Assembly (NCBI GenBank): GCA_964408955.1 | Contig: CAYPBK010000004.1 | Location: 31,279-95,278 of the forward strand | Reading direction: 5' to 3' | DNA from: an uncultured Clostridiaceae bacterium | GTDB taxonomy: Bacteria > Bacillota > Clostridia > Lutisporales > Lutisporaceae | DNA length: 64,000 nt | Shown: piece by piece, positions 38,539 through 48,946 of the stretch | Numbering within the stretch: position 1 is the stretch's first letter | Layout of the letters: each line of letters begins with the position of its first letter | The notes under the pieces: generated by a model | Told to the model about the DNA's origin: nothing | Seen by the model: only the letters and a program-made list of their open reading frames with translations | Database searches by the model: none | Translations under genes and position numbers: made by a program

Positions 38539-40380
38539 TTATTCTTCGCTGCTTTTAGAATCTTTGTTTAAAATATTCATAAACTCTTCACCGGTTATTG
38601 TTTCCTTTTCTAATAAATATTCCGCTATCTCATGAAGCTTATCAATATTCTCTCTAAGTATTTTTTTTGCATTTTCGTGAGCCCCTTTGATGATACTTAG
38701 CACTTCTTCATCAATTTTGGCTGCCGTCACAGAGGAACAGGTAGCTGTAGGGTCTCCGCTCAAATATGGGTTAGAGATAGACTCCAAAGCCATCATACCA
38801 AAGTTTTCGCTCATACCCAGCCTGGTTACCATGGCACGGGCAATCTTAGTCGCCTGCTCAATATCATTGGCAGCGCCGGAGGTACCGGTATTGAAAATTA
38901 ATTCCTCAGCCGCCCTGCCCCCGGTGTAGGTTGTTATTTTATTAAAAGCTTCCTCTTTGGACATCAGGAAAGTCTCTTCCTCAGCTATTTGCATAGTATA
39001 GCCCAAAGCCCCTGAGGTACGCGGGATGATAGTAATTTTATGGACGGGGGCTGAATCAGTCTGTTTGGCGGCGACCATAGCATGACCTATTTCGTGATAG
39101 GCTATAATCTTTTTCTCCTTGGGAGAAATAACGGCACCTTTCCTTTTATATCCTGCAACAACTACTTCGATAGCCTCTTCCAAATCATTATGATTGACCT
39201 CTTGACGCCCGCATTTCACGGCCCTTAATGCTCCCTCGTTTATAATGTTGGCGAGCTCGGCACCTGATGCTCCTGAAGTAGCTCTGGCCAAGGCATTAAA
39301 GTTTACATCATCCATAACCTTTATTTTCTTTGCATGCACCTTTAAAATAGCTTCCCGTCCTGCCAAATCAGGAAGCTCAACAGGAATACGACGGTCGAAG
39401 CGGCCGGGTCTTAACAGTGCCCTATCCAATGAGTCAGGGCGGTTGGTTGCGGCCAGAATGACTACGCCCTTTTCACCGCTAAAGCCGTCCATCTCCGTTA
39501 AAAGCTGATTAAGGGTTTGCTCCCTTTCATCATTTCCGCCCAGATTGCCGTCTCCCCTTCTTTTGCCTATTGCATCTATCTCATCAATAAAAACAATGCA
39601 AGGAGCCTTTTCCTGTGCCTGCTTAAACAAATCTCGGACTCTTGCGGCTCCCATGCCTACAAACATCTCCACAAACTCTGAACCGGATATGGAGAAAAAG
39701 GGCACCTTTGATTCTCCTGCAACCGCTTGGGCTAAAAGAGTTTTCCCTGTACCGGGAGGGCCGACTAAAAGTGCGCCCTTTGGCATTATGGCTCCTATTT
39801 CCTTATATTTAAGTGGGTTATGCAAAAAATCCACTATTTCAGTAAGAGCTTCCTTCGCCTCATCCTGACCGGCAACATCGGCAAAGGTTTTACCTGTTTG
39901 GGATTCAATATATATCTTTGCATTGCTTTTGCCAAAGCTCATGGCGTTCATCCCGCCCATTCTTTTTTGCATTGTGCGGGAGAGCAACTGACCCATGGCG
40001 AGAAAAAATCCAATGGGTAGTATCCAATTAATAAGGAAATTTATTAAGGGAGAATTTTCCCTGGGGATAATCTTGGAAAATTCCTCAATTTTCGCATTGT
40101 GCAGCCTGTTAACCAAATCAGGATCCTCCATAAGACCTGTGATGTAGAGGCTCTCCTTATTTGATTCATCCATTGCAATAAATGCAATTTGATTATTTTG
40201 TATTTCAACAGTTTGAACTCTGCCGCTTTCAATAAAATCCAGAAATGTTCCATAATCAACTTGAGTTATCTGCTGCTTCAACATATGTGGAAACACTATA
40301 GCATTTAAAAGAAGCACGATAACTAAAGCTATTCCGTAATAATATATAAGCGGCTTCTTTGGGTTTTTATGATCCTTCAT
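38539..40380 (-). CDS. ftsH: ATP-dependent zinc metalloprotease FtsH
   Basis: Two N-terminal TM helices, GPPGTGKT Walker A, DEIDA Walker B, SRH region and the HEIGHA zinc motif. Confidence 0.95.
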   Translation of the reverse strand: MKDHKNPKKPLIYYYGIALVIVLLLNAIVFPHMLKQQITQVDYGTFLDFIESGRVQTVEIQNNQIAFIAMDESNKESLYITGLMEDPDLVNRLHNAKIEEFSKIIPRENSPLINFLINWILPIGFFLAMGQLLSRTMQKRMGGMNAMSFGKSNAKIYIESQTGKTFADVAGQDEAKEALTEIVDFLHNPLKYKEIGAIMPKGALLVGPPGTGKTLLAQAVAGESKVPFFSISGSEFVEMFVGMGAARVRDLFKQAQEKAPCIVFIDEIDAIGKRRGDGNLGGNDEREQTLNQLLTEMDGFSGEKGVVILAATNRPDSLDRALLRPGRFDRRIPVELPDLAGREAILKVHAKKIKVMDDVNFNALARATSGASGAELANIINEGALRAVKCGRQEVNHNDLEEAIEVVVAGYKRKGAVISPKEKKIIAYHEIGHAMVAAKQTDSAPVHKITIIPRTSGALGYTMQIAEEETFLMSKEEAFNKITTYTGGRAAEELIFNTGTSGAANDIEQATKIARAMVTRLGMSENFGMMALESISNPYLSGDPTATCSSVTAAKIDEEVLSIIKGAHENAKKILRENIDKLHEIAEYLLEKETITGEEFMNILNKDSKSSEE

Positions 40381-40523
40381 CTAATAACCTCCGTTAAGTT
40401 TTTCATAATTTAATTCATCAATTATTAAGTAGTTTTTATTATCATTAAGAATTATACAACAAATTTAATATATTGTATATCTGTTTGAAGGTTTTCTAGT
40501 TGCGTATCTAAGGATTCTAATGG

Positions 40524-41810
40524 TTATCGTTTCACTACGCTAAAATTTTCCTCTATAAGCAGCCAATTTTGTGGGAAAGGCAGACCAAGTTTCCAATAGC
40601 TCACACCTCGGATTCTCAATTCCTTGACGAGGTCGAATTTAGCTTGTATTGAGCGTGCATCCTCAAACCAGACAACGTGCTGTCTGCCCTGATTATCAGT
40701 ATAGTAAAAGAATGGAGCCTGGGAAGTGTAATCATAGCTGATTGCCACATTGTTTTCCATAGCTATTTCTATAGCCCTTTGGGGGCTGACAGCTCTGGCA
40801 AAGGGACCTCCCGGGACAAAGGGTAAAGTCCAATCATAGCCATATAAATTTTGCCCCATCATAATTTTTTCTGCCGGCATCTGAGTCAAAGCATACTCCA
40901 GTACTTGCCTTACAGGACCTATTGGAGAAACAGCCATAGGCGGACCGCCGCTCCAGCCCCATTCATAGGTCATGATTATTACAAAATCAGCTATTTCACC
41001 ATGAGCCTTATAATCGTGGGCTTCGTACCAGGGACCAATCTGCTCACCGCTTATCTTTGGGGCCAAAGCCGTTGACATTAAAAGTCCTGCTGCAGACAAC
41101 CTTGCACTGGCTTTTCTCAGAAAATTATTATAATTCTCCCTTAACTCAGGCGGTAAAAACTCAAAATCAAAATGTATGTCGCTGAAGTTTTGTTGTCTTG
41201 CAGTATTTATTATATTATCAAGGAGCTGATTTTGTACTGCTTCATCAGTGAGGATAATTCTGCCCAACTCTGCGCTGAATTGACCTTCCTCCAAATTTGT
41301 GATTGCCATCATGAGAGTAGCTCCCCACTCGCCGGCTATGGCAGGGAAATTATTCAAAGGCGGCGCCTTAAGAGAACCGTCTCTTTGAACCTGATAGCTA
41401 AAAGGCGCAAGATAAGTTAAATAAGGAGCTGCCTCTCTGGCTGCCTGCTCCAATTCAGGAGCCACAGTATTGCCAAAAGGCTCTACATAGGCATTTATTT
41501 CCGCTATACGGCGAGGTCTGGGAGGGATGTATAACCTTAAACCTATTTGGAGCGGTTCATTTACAGATATTCCGTTAATACGGGCAAGCTCCTGATAGCT
41601 TAACCCAAATTTGGCGGCTATGCTATAGAGACTGTCTCCCGGCTGCACCCAATAATAACTGCCTACAATGGGTATTACCAATGTCTGTCCTACTACAAGA
41701 TTATTGGGATTAGGTATTTTATTTGCTTCCGCAATAGCCGACACGGTGGAATTATACATTTGTGCAATGAGGAAAAGGGATTGACCCCGTTGAACAACAT
41801 GGATTTGCAT
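40524..41810 (-). CDS. 2x LysM + GH18 spore cortex-fragment-lytic enzyme-like protein (YaaH/SleL-like)
   Basis: Two LysM repeats (HVVQRGQSLFLIAQMY..., YWVQPGDSLYSIAAKFG...) and the GH18 DxxDxDxE motif (DIHFDFE). Confidence 0.8.
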   Translation of the reverse strand: MQIHVVQRGQSLFLIAQMYNSTVSAIAEANKIPNPNNLVVGQTLVIPIVGSYYWVQPGDSLYSIAAKFGLSYQELARINGISVNEPLQIGLRLYIPPRPRRIAEINAYVEPFGNTVAPELEQAAREAAPYLTYLAPFSYQVQRDGSLKAPPLNNFPAIAGEWGATLMMAITNLEEGQFSAELGRIILTDEAVQNQLLDNIINTARQQNFSDIHFDFEFLPPELRENYNNFLRKASARLSAAGLLMSTALAPKISGEQIGPWYEAHDYKAHGEIADFVIIMTYEWGWSGGPPMAVSPIGPVRQVLEYALTQMPAEKIMMGQNLYGYDWTLPFVPGGPFARAVSPQRAIEIAMENNVAISYDYTSQAPFFYYTDNQGRQHVVWFEDARSIQAKFDLVKELRIRGVSYWKLGLPFPQNWLLIEENFSVVKR

Positions 41811-42105
41811 TAGAACACCTACCTATTAAAAAATTCATTGTTACATTATATGCATCTAAAGAATTTAAGTTAGGGTCTTAAATAAATAAAAGCTACTTTT
41901 CACATGAATTTTTAGATTACAAAATTAAATAATCTATATTGAAACTATAGCTATATCTTAAAAGTAACAAAAAGTATTTATTAATAACAGTTATTACAAT
42001 AAAATATTGCATATATATTGTATTATTAATATACTTATATTTAGCAGGTAATAAAAAACTTGCAAAATGTCTAAAAATAAAACTACTTTTTGGAGGGATG
42101 AAACA

Positions 42106-43203
42106 ATGTTAAATAAAGAAAAGCTATCAAAATTAGTGGAAATTTTAAAGGAACGAAAGCTGGACGGTTGCATAATAACTCCCAGTCACGATTTGGAGTA
42201 CTTAACCGAAGCGCCAAGCTTTACCTGCGAAAGGTTCAGAGGCTTCTTTGTATTAGCTGACGGAAGATATTTTTCAATATGTCCTTCTCTTTATTATGAA
42301 GAGACTAGGAATACATTGGGAGAAGATACTCAAATATATGTATGGACTGACAGCGAAGGTGTAACGGATTCTTTCATAAAGGCTGAAAAAGATTATAAGC
42401 TGTCGGGTAAAACCATTGGAATAAATGAAGGCGTAAGAGCTATCGACCTCATAGATATGGGACAGGTTATCAAAGCTGATTTTATCAATGGTCATAGCAT
42501 GTTTGAAGACCTCAGAGTAATAAAAAATGAAGAGGAAGTAAGCTATTTAAAAGGTGCTGCTGTGATAGCGGATAAAGCTTTTGAGGGAATTGTAAAGTTT
42601 ATTAAACCGGGAATAAAGGAAAAGGATATTGCCGCTAAATTGAAAGAGCTGCTCATTGAGCTGGGAGGAGAAAGCCTATCTTTTGACCCTATCGTTGCTT
42701 CCGGACCAAACAGTTCAAAACCGCATTACAGCGAGGATGGCAGAGTTATAGAAAAGAATGATTTGATAATTTTAGATTACGGCTGCAAATACAAAGGCTA
42801 TTGTTCGGACATCTCCAGAGTGGTATTTGTGGGAGAGCCGACAGAAGAGCAAAAGAAAGTTTACGAAATAGTATTGAAAGCTAATATGGAGGCTGAAAAG
42901 GCAGTAAGAGAGGGTGCAACCGCTCATGAAATAGATGCAACTGCCCAAAGAGTTATTAAAGAAAATGGATACGGAGAATATATATTATCAAGGACAGGTC
43001 ATGGTATAGGTACTGCAGTACATGAAGCCCCCTACATAAGGGAAGGGAATGAGCAAATTTTAAAGACAGGTATGGCTTTTAGCGTTGAGCCCGGTATATA
43101 TATTGCCGGAAAATTTGGCATGAGAGTAGAGGATATAGTAGTAGTTGATGGCGATGGCGTAAATATACTTAACGAAGCACCCAAGGGAATGACGATAGTT
43201 TAA
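42106..43203 (+). CDS. M24-family Xaa-Pro dipeptidase/aminopeptidase (creatinase/prolidase N-domain + pita-bread domain)
   Basis: The metal ligand pattern D..D..H..E..E is visible (ILDYGCKYKGYCSDISR, TGHGIG, FSVEPGIY, MRVEDIV). The ATG at 42106 lies 8 nt after GGAGGG. Confidence 0.8.
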   Translation: MLNKEKLSKLVEILKERKLDGCIITPSHDLEYLTEAPSFTCERFRGFFVLADGRYFSICPSLYYEETRNTLGEDTQIYVWTDSEGVTDSFIKAEKDYKLSGKTIGINEGVRAIDLIDMGQVIKADFINGHSMFEDLRVIKNEEEVSYLKGAAVIADKAFEGIVKFIKPGIKEKDIAAKLKELLIELGGESLSFDPIVASGPNSSKPHYSEDGRVIEKNDLIILDYGCKYKGYCSDISRVVFVGEPTEEQKKVYEIVLKANMEAEKAVREGATAHEIDATAQRVIKENGYGEYILSRTGHGIGTAVHEAPYIREGNEQILKTGMAFSVEPGIYIAGKFGMRVEDIVVVDGDGVNILNEAPKGMTIV

Positions 43204-43217
43204 AATCCCGACCTCAA

Positions 43218-43323
43218 AGATCAATATTAGTGCCTAGAGGCGGAGGACGGATTGTAGGGGTCGACGACCCTGTCGACCCATTGTATGTTGATCTCATTAT
43301 CCAATCCTGGCGCCAGAGACAAA
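43218..43323 (+). promoter_or_regulatory. GC-rich structured leader/intergenic element upstream of the GRE activase
   Basis: A 10-bp helix forms between AGATCAATAT (43218-27) and ATGTTGATCT (43285-94). An 8-bp GC hairpin forms from GGGTCGAC (43258-65) and GTCGACCC (43272-79). Alternative pairing exists between GGCG..GGATTG (43239-54) and CAATCC..CGCC (43302-14). A CTGGCGCCAG palindrome is also present. Confidence 0.5.
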
Positions 43324-43343
43324 AGACAAAAACCAAAGAGGTG

Positions 43344-44252
43344 ATGCTGTTGGAAGGTGTTATATTTAACATAATGAAATACTCCATACATGATGGTCCA
43401 GGTATCAGAACCACCGTATTTTTCAAAGGCTGCCCTTTGAGCTGCAGCTGGTGTCATAATCCCGAGGGGCGTAAAACCTCTTTGCAGGTGGTCAGATTTC
43501 CTAACAAATGCATAGGATGCGGCAAATGTGTCAGGGTATGCCCGACAAATGCTATTTATATGGAAAAGGGCGAAATAAAATTCGATATAAATAAATGCAA
43601 CCAATGCGGGGAATGCACAAAGCTATGCTATGCCGCTGCCATGGAGATAGTCGGCAAAGCTGTTACAGTGAATGAGGTTATGAAAGAGATTGAAAAGGAC
43701 TATGTCTTTTACGAAGAATCCGGTGGGGGTGTGACATTTTCCGGAGGAGAGCCCTTTGCCCAACCTGAGTTTTTAAAGGAGCTTTTGAAAAGCTGTAAGA
43801 ATAAAGGTATCCATACCGCAGTTGATACATGCGGCTATGTGAAGGAGGATATTTTATTAGATAATGCCCCGCTTATAGACCTATTCCTTTACGATATAAA
43901 AATAATGGATGATAAAGAGCATATAAAATACACAGGAGTATCCAATAAAATAATACTTGAAAATCTAAAAGCACTAACGGAGCTAGATAAAAGGATTTTT
44001 ATAAGGATACCGATAATTCCGGGTATATCAGACAGCGATAAAAATATTGATGAAATCTCAAAATTCCTGCTGCCATTAAGAAATATTGAGCAGATTAATA
44101 TTTTGCCCTATCATAATATTGCTACGGAGAAATATAAGAGATTGGGGAAGGAATACAGTTTGGAGGCTGTTGAAATACCCTCTGATGAAAAAATGGCAAA
44201 TATACAAAGAAAACTTGAATCCCAAGGGTTTAAAGTAAAGATAGGAGGTTAG
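43344..44252 (+). CDS. Glycyl-radical-enzyme activating enzyme (radical SAM), HypD-associated
   Basis: GCPLSCSWCHNPEG. Two ferredoxin-type clusters (CIGCGKCVRVCP and CNQCGECTKLC). GGVTFSGGEP. The ATG at 43344 follows AGAGGTG. The track start at 43230 runs through the structured leader. Confidence 0.9.
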   Translation: MLLEGVIFNIMKYSIHDGPGIRTTVFFKGCPLSCSWCHNPEGRKTSLQVVRFPNKCIGCGKCVRVCPTNAIYMEKGEIKFDINKCNQCGECTKLCYAAAMEIVGKAVTVNEVMKEIEKDYVFYEESGGGVTFSGGEPFAQPEFLKELLKSCKNKGIHTAVDTCGYVKEDILLDNAPLIDLFLYDIKIMDDKEHIKYTGVSNKIILENLKALTELDKRIFIRIPIIPGISDSDKNIDEISKFLLPLRNIEQINILPYHNIATEKYKRLGKEYSLEAVEIPSDEKMANIQRKLESQGFKVKIGG

Positions 44253-44256
44253 TATT

Positions 44257-46617
44257 GTGAGAGAAAGAGTTAGAATCCTTAGGCAAAAAAGCTTGGACGC
44301 AATCCCGACTATTTCCATTGAAAGAAGCCAAATTGTTACTAATGCATATAAAAAATATGGAGGCAAAGTATCTGTACCTGTTCTTCGTGCAATGGTTTTT
44401 AAAGAACTATGCGAAAATAAAACCATTTGCATAAACGATAACGAGCTTATTGTAGGAGAAAGAGGTCCGCTGCCAAAGGCTACACCAACATTTCCCGAAC
44501 TCTGCTGCCATACTATTGAGGATTTTGACATTATGGATAAAAGAGAAAAGGTGTTTTTTAAAGTAGAGGAAGATATAAAAAGAATACAAAAAGAAGAGAT
44601 AATACCCTTTTGGGAAGGCAAAGCGATAAGGGACCTTCTTCTTAACAACATGAGTGACCAGTGGAAAGAGTGCTACGAAGCAGGCATATTTACAGAATTT
44701 ATGGAACAAAGGTCACCGGGGCATACAGTAGCTGACGGCAAAATATACGAAAAAGGCTTCTTAGACTTTAAAAAGGATATAGAAGGGGAAATAAAAAAGC
44801 TTGATTTTTTAAATGACAGCGAAGCTTATGGGAAGCGGGAAGAGCTAAAAGCAATGACCATATGCTGTGATGCAATCATTACATTTGGCAAAAGGCATGG
44901 AGAAAAAGCTATAGAATTAGCGGCAATGGAAAAGGATGAAAAAAGAAAAGAAGAGCTGTTAAAAATAGCTGAGGTATGCAGTCACGTACCGGCTCATGCG
45001 CCTAGGAATTTTTGGGAAGCATTGCAAATGTATTGGTTTGTTCATTTAAGTGTAGTTACGGAGCTTAACACCTGGGATGCTTTTAATCCGGGTAGGCTGG
45101 ATCAGCATTTATATCCTTTTTATAAAAAAGGCATAGAAGAGGGAACTATTACCGACGAAGATGCCAGAGAGATGCTTCAGCTATTTTGGATCAAGTTTAA
45201 CAATCAGCTGGCACCTCCCAAGGTGGGGATAACCTTAAAGGAAAGTGCCACATATACGGATTTTGCAAACATCAACTCCGGCGGTTTAAAGGCTGACGGC
45301 TCTGACGGGGTAAACGATATGAGCTATATGGTGCTCGATGTTATTGAAGAGATGAGACTACTGCAGCCCAGCTCCAATATACAGCTTAGTAAGAAAAACC
45401 CCGATAGATTTTTGAAAAGAGCCCTTAAAATCCTGGAAACAGGCTTTGGCCAGCCTTCCTTGTTTAATGCGGAAGCGGTAGTAGAAGAAATGCTCCATGC
45501 GGGTAAATCCGTGGAGGATGCCAGATGCGGCGGAACAAGTGGATGCGTTGAAACGGGAGCCTTTGGGAAGGAAGCTTATATATTGACGGGATATTTTAAT
45601 CTGGTAAAGGTTTTTGAAATAACACTAAACAACGGCGTAGATCCCAGAACAAATAAAAAAATTGGAATAGATACGGGAAATGCGAGAAGCTTTAAATCCT
45701 ATGAAGAATTATTCAAAGCCTTTAAAAAGCAGCTTAAGCATTTTATAGAGATAAAAATCAAAGGAAACAATGTAATTGAAAGACTATATGCAGACAACAT
45801 GCCTTGTCCTTTCCTTTCTGTTATAATCGATGATTGTATCAAAAAAGGCAAAGACTATAATAGGGGCGGTGCGAGATACAATACCAGGTATATTCAAGGT
45901 GTCGGCATAGGCACTCTTACGGACAGTCTGGCATCAATTAAAAAACATGTTTTCGAGGATGAAACGCTAACAATGGCAGAAATGCTTGAGGCTTTGGAAT
46001 GCAATTTTGAAGGGAAAGAGGATATAAGGCAGCTGTTCCTGAACAAAACCCCTAAATATGGTAATGATGACGATTACGCTGATGATATTATGAAGGAAGC
46101 CTTTAATGCCTACTATGAAGAAGTAAGCGGCAGACCTACAGCTTGTGGTGGGACCTATAGAATAGATATGCTTCCAACCACTTGTCATGTGTACTTTGGG
46201 GAAGTAACAAATGCCACCCCTGACGGGAGAAAAGCCGGAAAGCCTCAATCCGAGGGGATTTCCCCGGTTCAAGCCAGCGATAAATACGGTCCAACGGGCG
46301 TAATAAAATCTGCAAGCAAAATGGATCATATAAAAACAGGGGGAACACTTTTGAATCAAAAATTTACCCCCGATTTAGTCAAGTCTGAAGAAGGACTGGA
46401 CAAATGGGCGCAGTTGGTAAGGACTTATTTCAAGCTGGGCGGTCACCATATACAATTTAATGTAGTAGATGCAGATACATTGAGAGAGGCACAAAAAAAT
46501 CCCGAGGAATACAGAGACCTAATAGTTCGTGTGGCAGGATACAGCGATTACTTCAATGACTTGGGTGAGAACCTGCAAAACGAAATAATCGAAAGAACAG
46601 AGCATAAAGGATTTTAA
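44257..46617 (+). CDS. hypD: Glycyl radical enzyme, trans-4-hydroxy-L-proline dehydratase-like
   Basis: IVRVAGYSDYFNDL Gly-radical motif and TSGCVETG Cys loop. Long stretches match my recollection of Clostridioides difficile HypD (FTEFMEQRxPGHTV, NPGRLDQHL.PFY, PPKVGITLKES.TYTDFANIN, GGARYNTRYIQGVGIG, TPKYGNDDDYAD, MDHIKTGGTLLNQ). GTG start after AGGAGG. Confidence 0.8.
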   Translation: MRERVRILRQKSLDAIPTISIERSQIVTNAYKKYGGKVSVPVLRAMVFKELCENKTICINDNELIVGERGPLPKATPTFPELCCHTIEDFDIMDKREKVFFKVEEDIKRIQKEEIIPFWEGKAIRDLLLNNMSDQWKECYEAGIFTEFMEQRSPGHTVADGKIYEKGFLDFKKDIEGEIKKLDFLNDSEAYGKREELKAMTICCDAIITFGKRHGEKAIELAAMEKDEKRKEELLKIAEVCSHVPAHAPRNFWEALQMYWFVHLSVVTELNTWDAFNPGRLDQHLYPFYKKGIEEGTITDEDAREMLQLFWIKFNNQLAPPKVGITLKESATYTDFANINSGGLKADGSDGVNDMSYMVLDVIEEMRLLQPSSNIQLSKKNPDRFLKRALKILETGFGQPSLFNAEAVVEEMLHAGKSVEDARCGGTSGCVETGAFGKEAYILTGYFNLVKVFEITLNNGVDPRTNKKIGIDTGNARSFKSYEELFKAFKKQLKHFIEIKIKGNNVIERLYADNMPCPFLSVIIDDCIKKGKDYNRGGARYNTRYIQGVGIGTLTDSLASIKKHVFEDETLTMAEMLEALECNFEGKEDIRQLFLNKTPKYGNDDDYADDIMKEAFNAYYEEVSGRPTACGGTYRIDMLPTTCHVYFGEVTNATPDGRKAGKPQSEGISPVQASDKYGPTGVIKSASKMDHIKTGGTLLNQKFTPDLVKSEEGLDKWAQLVRTYFKLGGHHIQFNVVDADTLREAQKNPEEYRDLIVRVAGYSDYFNDLGENLQNEIIERTEHKGF

Positions 46618-46669
46618 AAGTAGGGACTTAGTAAGTATTGAAATAGGATAATGATATATGATTATAAAA

Positions 46670-46704
46670 AATACAAAGCTTTAAATGGGGCTTTGTATTT
46701 TTTA
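46670..46704 (+). terminator. Rho-independent terminator of the hypD operon
   Basis: AATACAAAGC (46670-79), 10-nt loop, GCTTTGTATT (46690-99), followed by a T-run. Confidence 0.8.
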
Positions 46705-47066
46705 TGTAGTAATGGGATAGGGTATCTATGGGATAATAAAAATGCAAAAACATCAAAAGAAATTTTATCATACTTAAAAGATGAAATTATACATTTGATT
46801 ATGCAATTGTTTGTAAACAATGATGAAAGTTGTGAGACAAAGGAAATGTTTGAAAATTCTAGATTTCTTTCACACGATTTTTTCCTATCCAAGAAAAATA
46901 GTTTTTCTTAGGACAATAGTTTAAAATACTATGAAATTAAGTATATAGGCTTTGTAGCTTAAAGTGGAAGTGCATGTGAAAAGAAAGAAGGGAAAAAAAG
47001 TTATTGTTAGAATAATACTTATATTACGAATTTATTAAATAGTATATAGAGAAAGATGGTGTAGTA

Positions 47067-48107
47067 ATGCTAAAGAAATCAAGAGTTTTCTTGCTAATAA
47101 TAATACTAGCTTCAACAAATCTATTTACCTACATATTTGCTGATAATATATTTCCAGACGTAAAAGTGGATGACTGGTACTATGAGGATTTACAGTCACT
47201 GGCAAAAAAGGATATAGTACAGGGAAGCGCAGAGGGATATTTCAAACCGACAGATACAGTGAGATATAATCAATACCTAAAAATGGTGGTAGTAGCACTG
47301 ACGGATAAAACATTGGACGCAAAAGATGGGGAAGAATGGGATGCACCATATATAGAAAAAGCATTTGAGCTAAATTTAATCTCAAACAAAACTAAAGACT
47401 ATAATATCCCAATAAACAGATACGAAATGGCGGAAATAGCATTAAAGGGATTAACAGTACTAAAAGAAGAAGCTACAGATTACACAAAATATAAAACAGA
47501 CATAAAAGACTATGATACAATTCCTGAACAATATAAAGAAATAGTATTAAAAGCGTATAGCAAGGGATTAATAACGGGGTATACAGATGGGACATATGGT
47601 GGGGAGAAAACAATGCGCCGAAGTGAATCAGTAGCAGTAATCGCCCGATTAATAGACAAAACATTAAGAAAAACGCTAGGCGAGGGAAAAATCCCGGAAG
47701 AAACAGGTAAAGAAGTATTTATGGGAATCACCCCAAAAACCTATAGGGAATTACGTGGTGCAGACAAAGCAAAAGGAAATGACCTGGGAGACATACCTTT
47801 ATATTCAAAGGCACCGAGAGTGAGGGCAATAGATGATGAGCATAACATGGATTTCGAATTATTACTCTGTTTCATACCTGAAGTATACGGACCATTAGAG
47901 GCACAATATAAAGATATGGAGATTTTATTTAAAACAAGATTCGGGGAAAACAATGCCACAATAAAAGAAGTGCTAAACTATGTTTATTCTAAGAAGGGTC
48001 AGTATGATGATTTACCGAGAAAAATATGGTATACAAATAATCGTGAGATTCAGGTTTGGTCACCTAAAGGCGATAGGTCTATAAGTATAATGGTTTGGAG
48101 GATATAA
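47067..48107 (+). CDS. SLH-domain surface protein, paralog A
   Basis: Signal peptide, then SLH-like repeats (FPDVKVDDWYYEDLQSLAKKDIVQGSAEGYFKPTDTVRYNQYLKMVV and YSKGLITGYTDGTYGGEKTMRRSESVAVIARL). The C-terminus is unique. Confidence 0.7.
   Translation: MLKKSRVFLLIIILASTNLFTYIFADNIFPDVKVDDWYYEDLQSLAKKDIVQGSAEGYFKPTDTVRYNQYLKMVVVALTDKTLDAKDGEEWDAPYIEKAFELNLISNKTKDYNIPINRYEMAEIALKGLTVLKEEATDYTKYKTDIKDYDTIPEQYKEIVLKAYSKGLITGYTDGTYGGEKTMRRSESVAVIARLIDKTLRKTLGEGKIPEETGKEVFMGITPKTYRELRGADKAKGNDLGDIPLYSKAPRVRAIDDEHNMDFELLLCFIPEVYGPLEAQYKDMEILFKTRFGENNATIKEVLNYVYSKKGQYDDLPRKIWYTNNREIQVWSPKGDRSISIMVWRI
47133..47704 (+). repeat. 572-bp direct repeat, copy 1
   Basis: Collinear with 50327-50898 at an offset of 3194 nt. 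About 24 mismatches by eye. The core 47244-47482 is identical. Confidence 0.9.
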
Positions 48108-48109
48108 TC

Positions 48110-48757
48110 ATGAAAAGATATTTAGCAGGTTTAATAGCAATAATTTTAATACTATCCTCCATATCATCATTTCCAGTATTTGCAGAAGATAATGTAAGTG
48201 ATAAACCATTAGACTGGTATTTTGAAAACAGCATGGATGTCAATAAAGCAGTAGACGTCGCGAATGCCGAAATAGGTTTTAAATACTATGATATAAATAA
48301 AGTTAATAAAGAAACCTATGGAGACTATAAAGCTTTAGCCTATGGCTCCCCATGGGGCGTGGACAAGGCAGGGGGATTTAGATATTTAGGGTTAACTCCA
48401 GATAATGACGATATCCCTAACCATAAATCCCCAATGGACTCCTGGGCTGGCGGCTATTTAGACGATAGAAAATGGATAAAAGAACCGTGGAACCACGATT
48501 TGTGCGAACGTAGCATGTTCGATTACCATCCAAAACAAACAGGCGAAAATGGCGAACCCATAGCGGCAAAATGGGAGAAACACATAATAAAAACCATGGA
48601 AGAAAAATACTCAGGCAAGGATGGAAAAAAGGCAATCTGGAAGGGCACATTCAAAAACTGGTACCAATATGTGCACATCATTCAGCCCTCAGACTATACA
48701 GCAGGCTCCCTAATAGGCTGGCATACTTCTCGGGCGAAACTTCGGGAATTGATATAG
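48110..48757 (+). CDS. Secreted protein of unknown function
   Basis: The ATG at 48110 (MKRYLAGLIAIILILSSISSFPVFA) starts a signal peptide. It is coupled to the upstream gene with a 2-nt gap. Confidence 0.55.
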   Translation: MKRYLAGLIAIILILSSISSFPVFAEDNVSDKPLDWYFENSMDVNKAVDVANAEIGFKYYDINKVNKETYGDYKALAYGSPWGVDKAGGFRYLGLTPDNDDIPNHKSPMDSWAGGYLDDRKWIKEPWNHDLCERSMFDYHPKQTGENGEPIAAKWEKHIIKTMEEKYSGKDGKKAIWKGTFKNWYQYVHIIQPSDYTAGSLIGWHTSRAKLRELI

Positions 48758-48946
48758 GGTAAGTTAATATGAAAGATACCTTTTTGCCTTCGGCAAAGGT
48801 ATTTTGAACATTGCCCCCGGCAGAGCATATACCGTGAGACATTTTTGACTACATCAAAAATGTCCATAGCGTACCTTATATTATGCAATTTCTACGAAAT
48901 TCGTGATATAATAATATAAGGTAATAAACCGATTTGAGGTGATTTA

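Noticed and set aside
43230-43343. N-terminal extension of the activase ORF (MPRGGGRIVGVDDPVDP...), and antisense ORFs 43214-43604
   Set aside because: The open frame is explained by the GC-rich structured spacer. The canonical activase N-terminus (MLLEGVIFNIMKYSIHDGPG) starts at ATG 43344 with its own RBS.
46651-46911. 86-aa plus-strand ORF (and antisense ORF 46662-46892) after hypD
   Set aside because: The hypD terminator hairpin (46670-46704) lies inside its first 20 codons. There is no RBS and no recognisable motif. Most likely non-coding spacer.
48760-48946. Search for a HicA toxin gene next to hicB
   Set aside because: Translating both strands gave only very short or motif-less peptides (for example MKDTFCLRQRYF). 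No HicA-like dsRBD signature was found.
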